A DNA stretch of 64,000 bases from an uncultured SAR86 cluster bacterium. GTDB lineage: Bacteria > Pseudomonadota > Gammaproteobacteria > Magnimaribacterales > TMED112. Position 1 is the stretch's first letter. Every line of letters starts with the position of its first letter. Of the stretch, positions 63,687 through 64,000 are shown one piece after another. The stretch is taken from NCBI GenBank assembly GCA_902585315.1, contig CACIDC010000002.1, forward strand, positions 37,789-101,788. Reading direction: 5' to 3'. Both the position numbers and the translations under genes were made by a program. The notes under the pieces were generated by a model. That model did no database searches. It was given only the letters and a program-made list of their open reading frames with translations, and was not told the DNA's origin.

Positions 63687-64000
63687 TGCCGAATAGTATA
63701 GAAGTAGAGCAAGCAGTTTTAGGCGCCTTGTTATTATCTAGAGAAAAATATCCTGAGGTCGATGCCTTAATAAGTTCCGTTGACTTTGAATCTGACGTTC
63801 ATAAAGAAATTTATGAATGCATTAAAGAGCTCGCTGATCAAGATAAAGCCATTGACCACATAACAGTGTCTAAACTTTTGGACAGAAAAAATTCTCTCAA
63901 GAGAATTGGAGGAGTAGATTATTTAAAAGAATTGCAAACTATTCCAATTTCAGCGTTGAATGCTGATAGCTATGCAAATACAGTTAAAGATCAATCCATA
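63686..64000 (+). CDS. dnaB: replicative DNA helicase DnaB, N-terminal fragment (3' part outside window)
   Basis: The ATG overlaps the rplI stop. PNSIEVEQAVLGALLLS...HKEIYECI...ITVSKLL is the DnaB N-terminal domain pattern. Conserved rplI-dnaB order. Confidence 0.88.
   Translation, partial: MPNSIEVEQAVLGALLLSREKYPEVDALISSVDFESDVHKEIYECIKELADQDKAIDHITVSKLLDRKNSLKRIGGVDYLKELQTIPISALNADSYANTVKDQSI

Overview
This is an AT-rich, extremely gene-dense chromosomal segment. Gene order matches Pseudomonas/Oceanospirillales-type gammaproteobacterial synteny, and I infer a streamlined, probably marine free-living lineage. All calls rest on motif recognition and synteny only; no searches were run.

Content is almost entirely core housekeeping genes:
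- ftsH'-glmM-tpiA-secG, then tRNA-Leu and tRNA-fMet, then rimP-nusA-infB-rbfA-truB-rpsO-pnp.
- A small accessory patch: a pentein-fold hydrolase, ornithine aminotransferase, a GtrA-like protein, an FAD oxidase and two tiny paralogous membrane proteins.
- tRNA-Met-ychF-pth-rplY-prs-tRNA-Gln-ispE-lolB, divergent from hemA-prfA-prmC.
- A second accessory patch: a GH84 glycosidase, acyl-CoA ligase, MaoC hydratase, a paraoxonase-like lipoprotein and an exported MBL hydrolase.
- gatCAB divergent from mreBCD and a half-length yhdP-like gene.
- mgtE-lptB-lptA-kdsD divergent from mlaC-murA; then degS divergent from rplM-rpsI; then petABC-sspA.
- lpoA divergent from rsmI-rnpB, followed by a rearranged dcw cluster fused to rpsF-rpsR-rplI-dnaB'.

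I saw no CRISPR array, transposase, intact integrase, toxin-antitoxin pair or recognisable defence system, and no convincing novel multi-gene system.

The observations most worth a second look are:
1. ftsZ has moved to the head of the dcw cluster, into the mraZ slot directly behind rnpB. The rsmH that follows appears to start at an ATT overlapping the ftsZ stop.
2. A tandem pair of about 76-aa paralogous two-helix membrane proteins, split by a GC-rich hairpin, lies next to the 3' end of tRNA-Met.
3. The rsmI-side spacer aside, the rpsI-petA spacer carries a duplicated inverted-repeat module, a uORF and an integrase-arm-like ORF fused in frame to petA.
4. A cytoplasmic minimal GH84 enzyme heads a tightly coupled lactonase/lipid gene string.
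5. The ornithine aminotransferase carries a four-cysteine insertion just before its PLP lysine.
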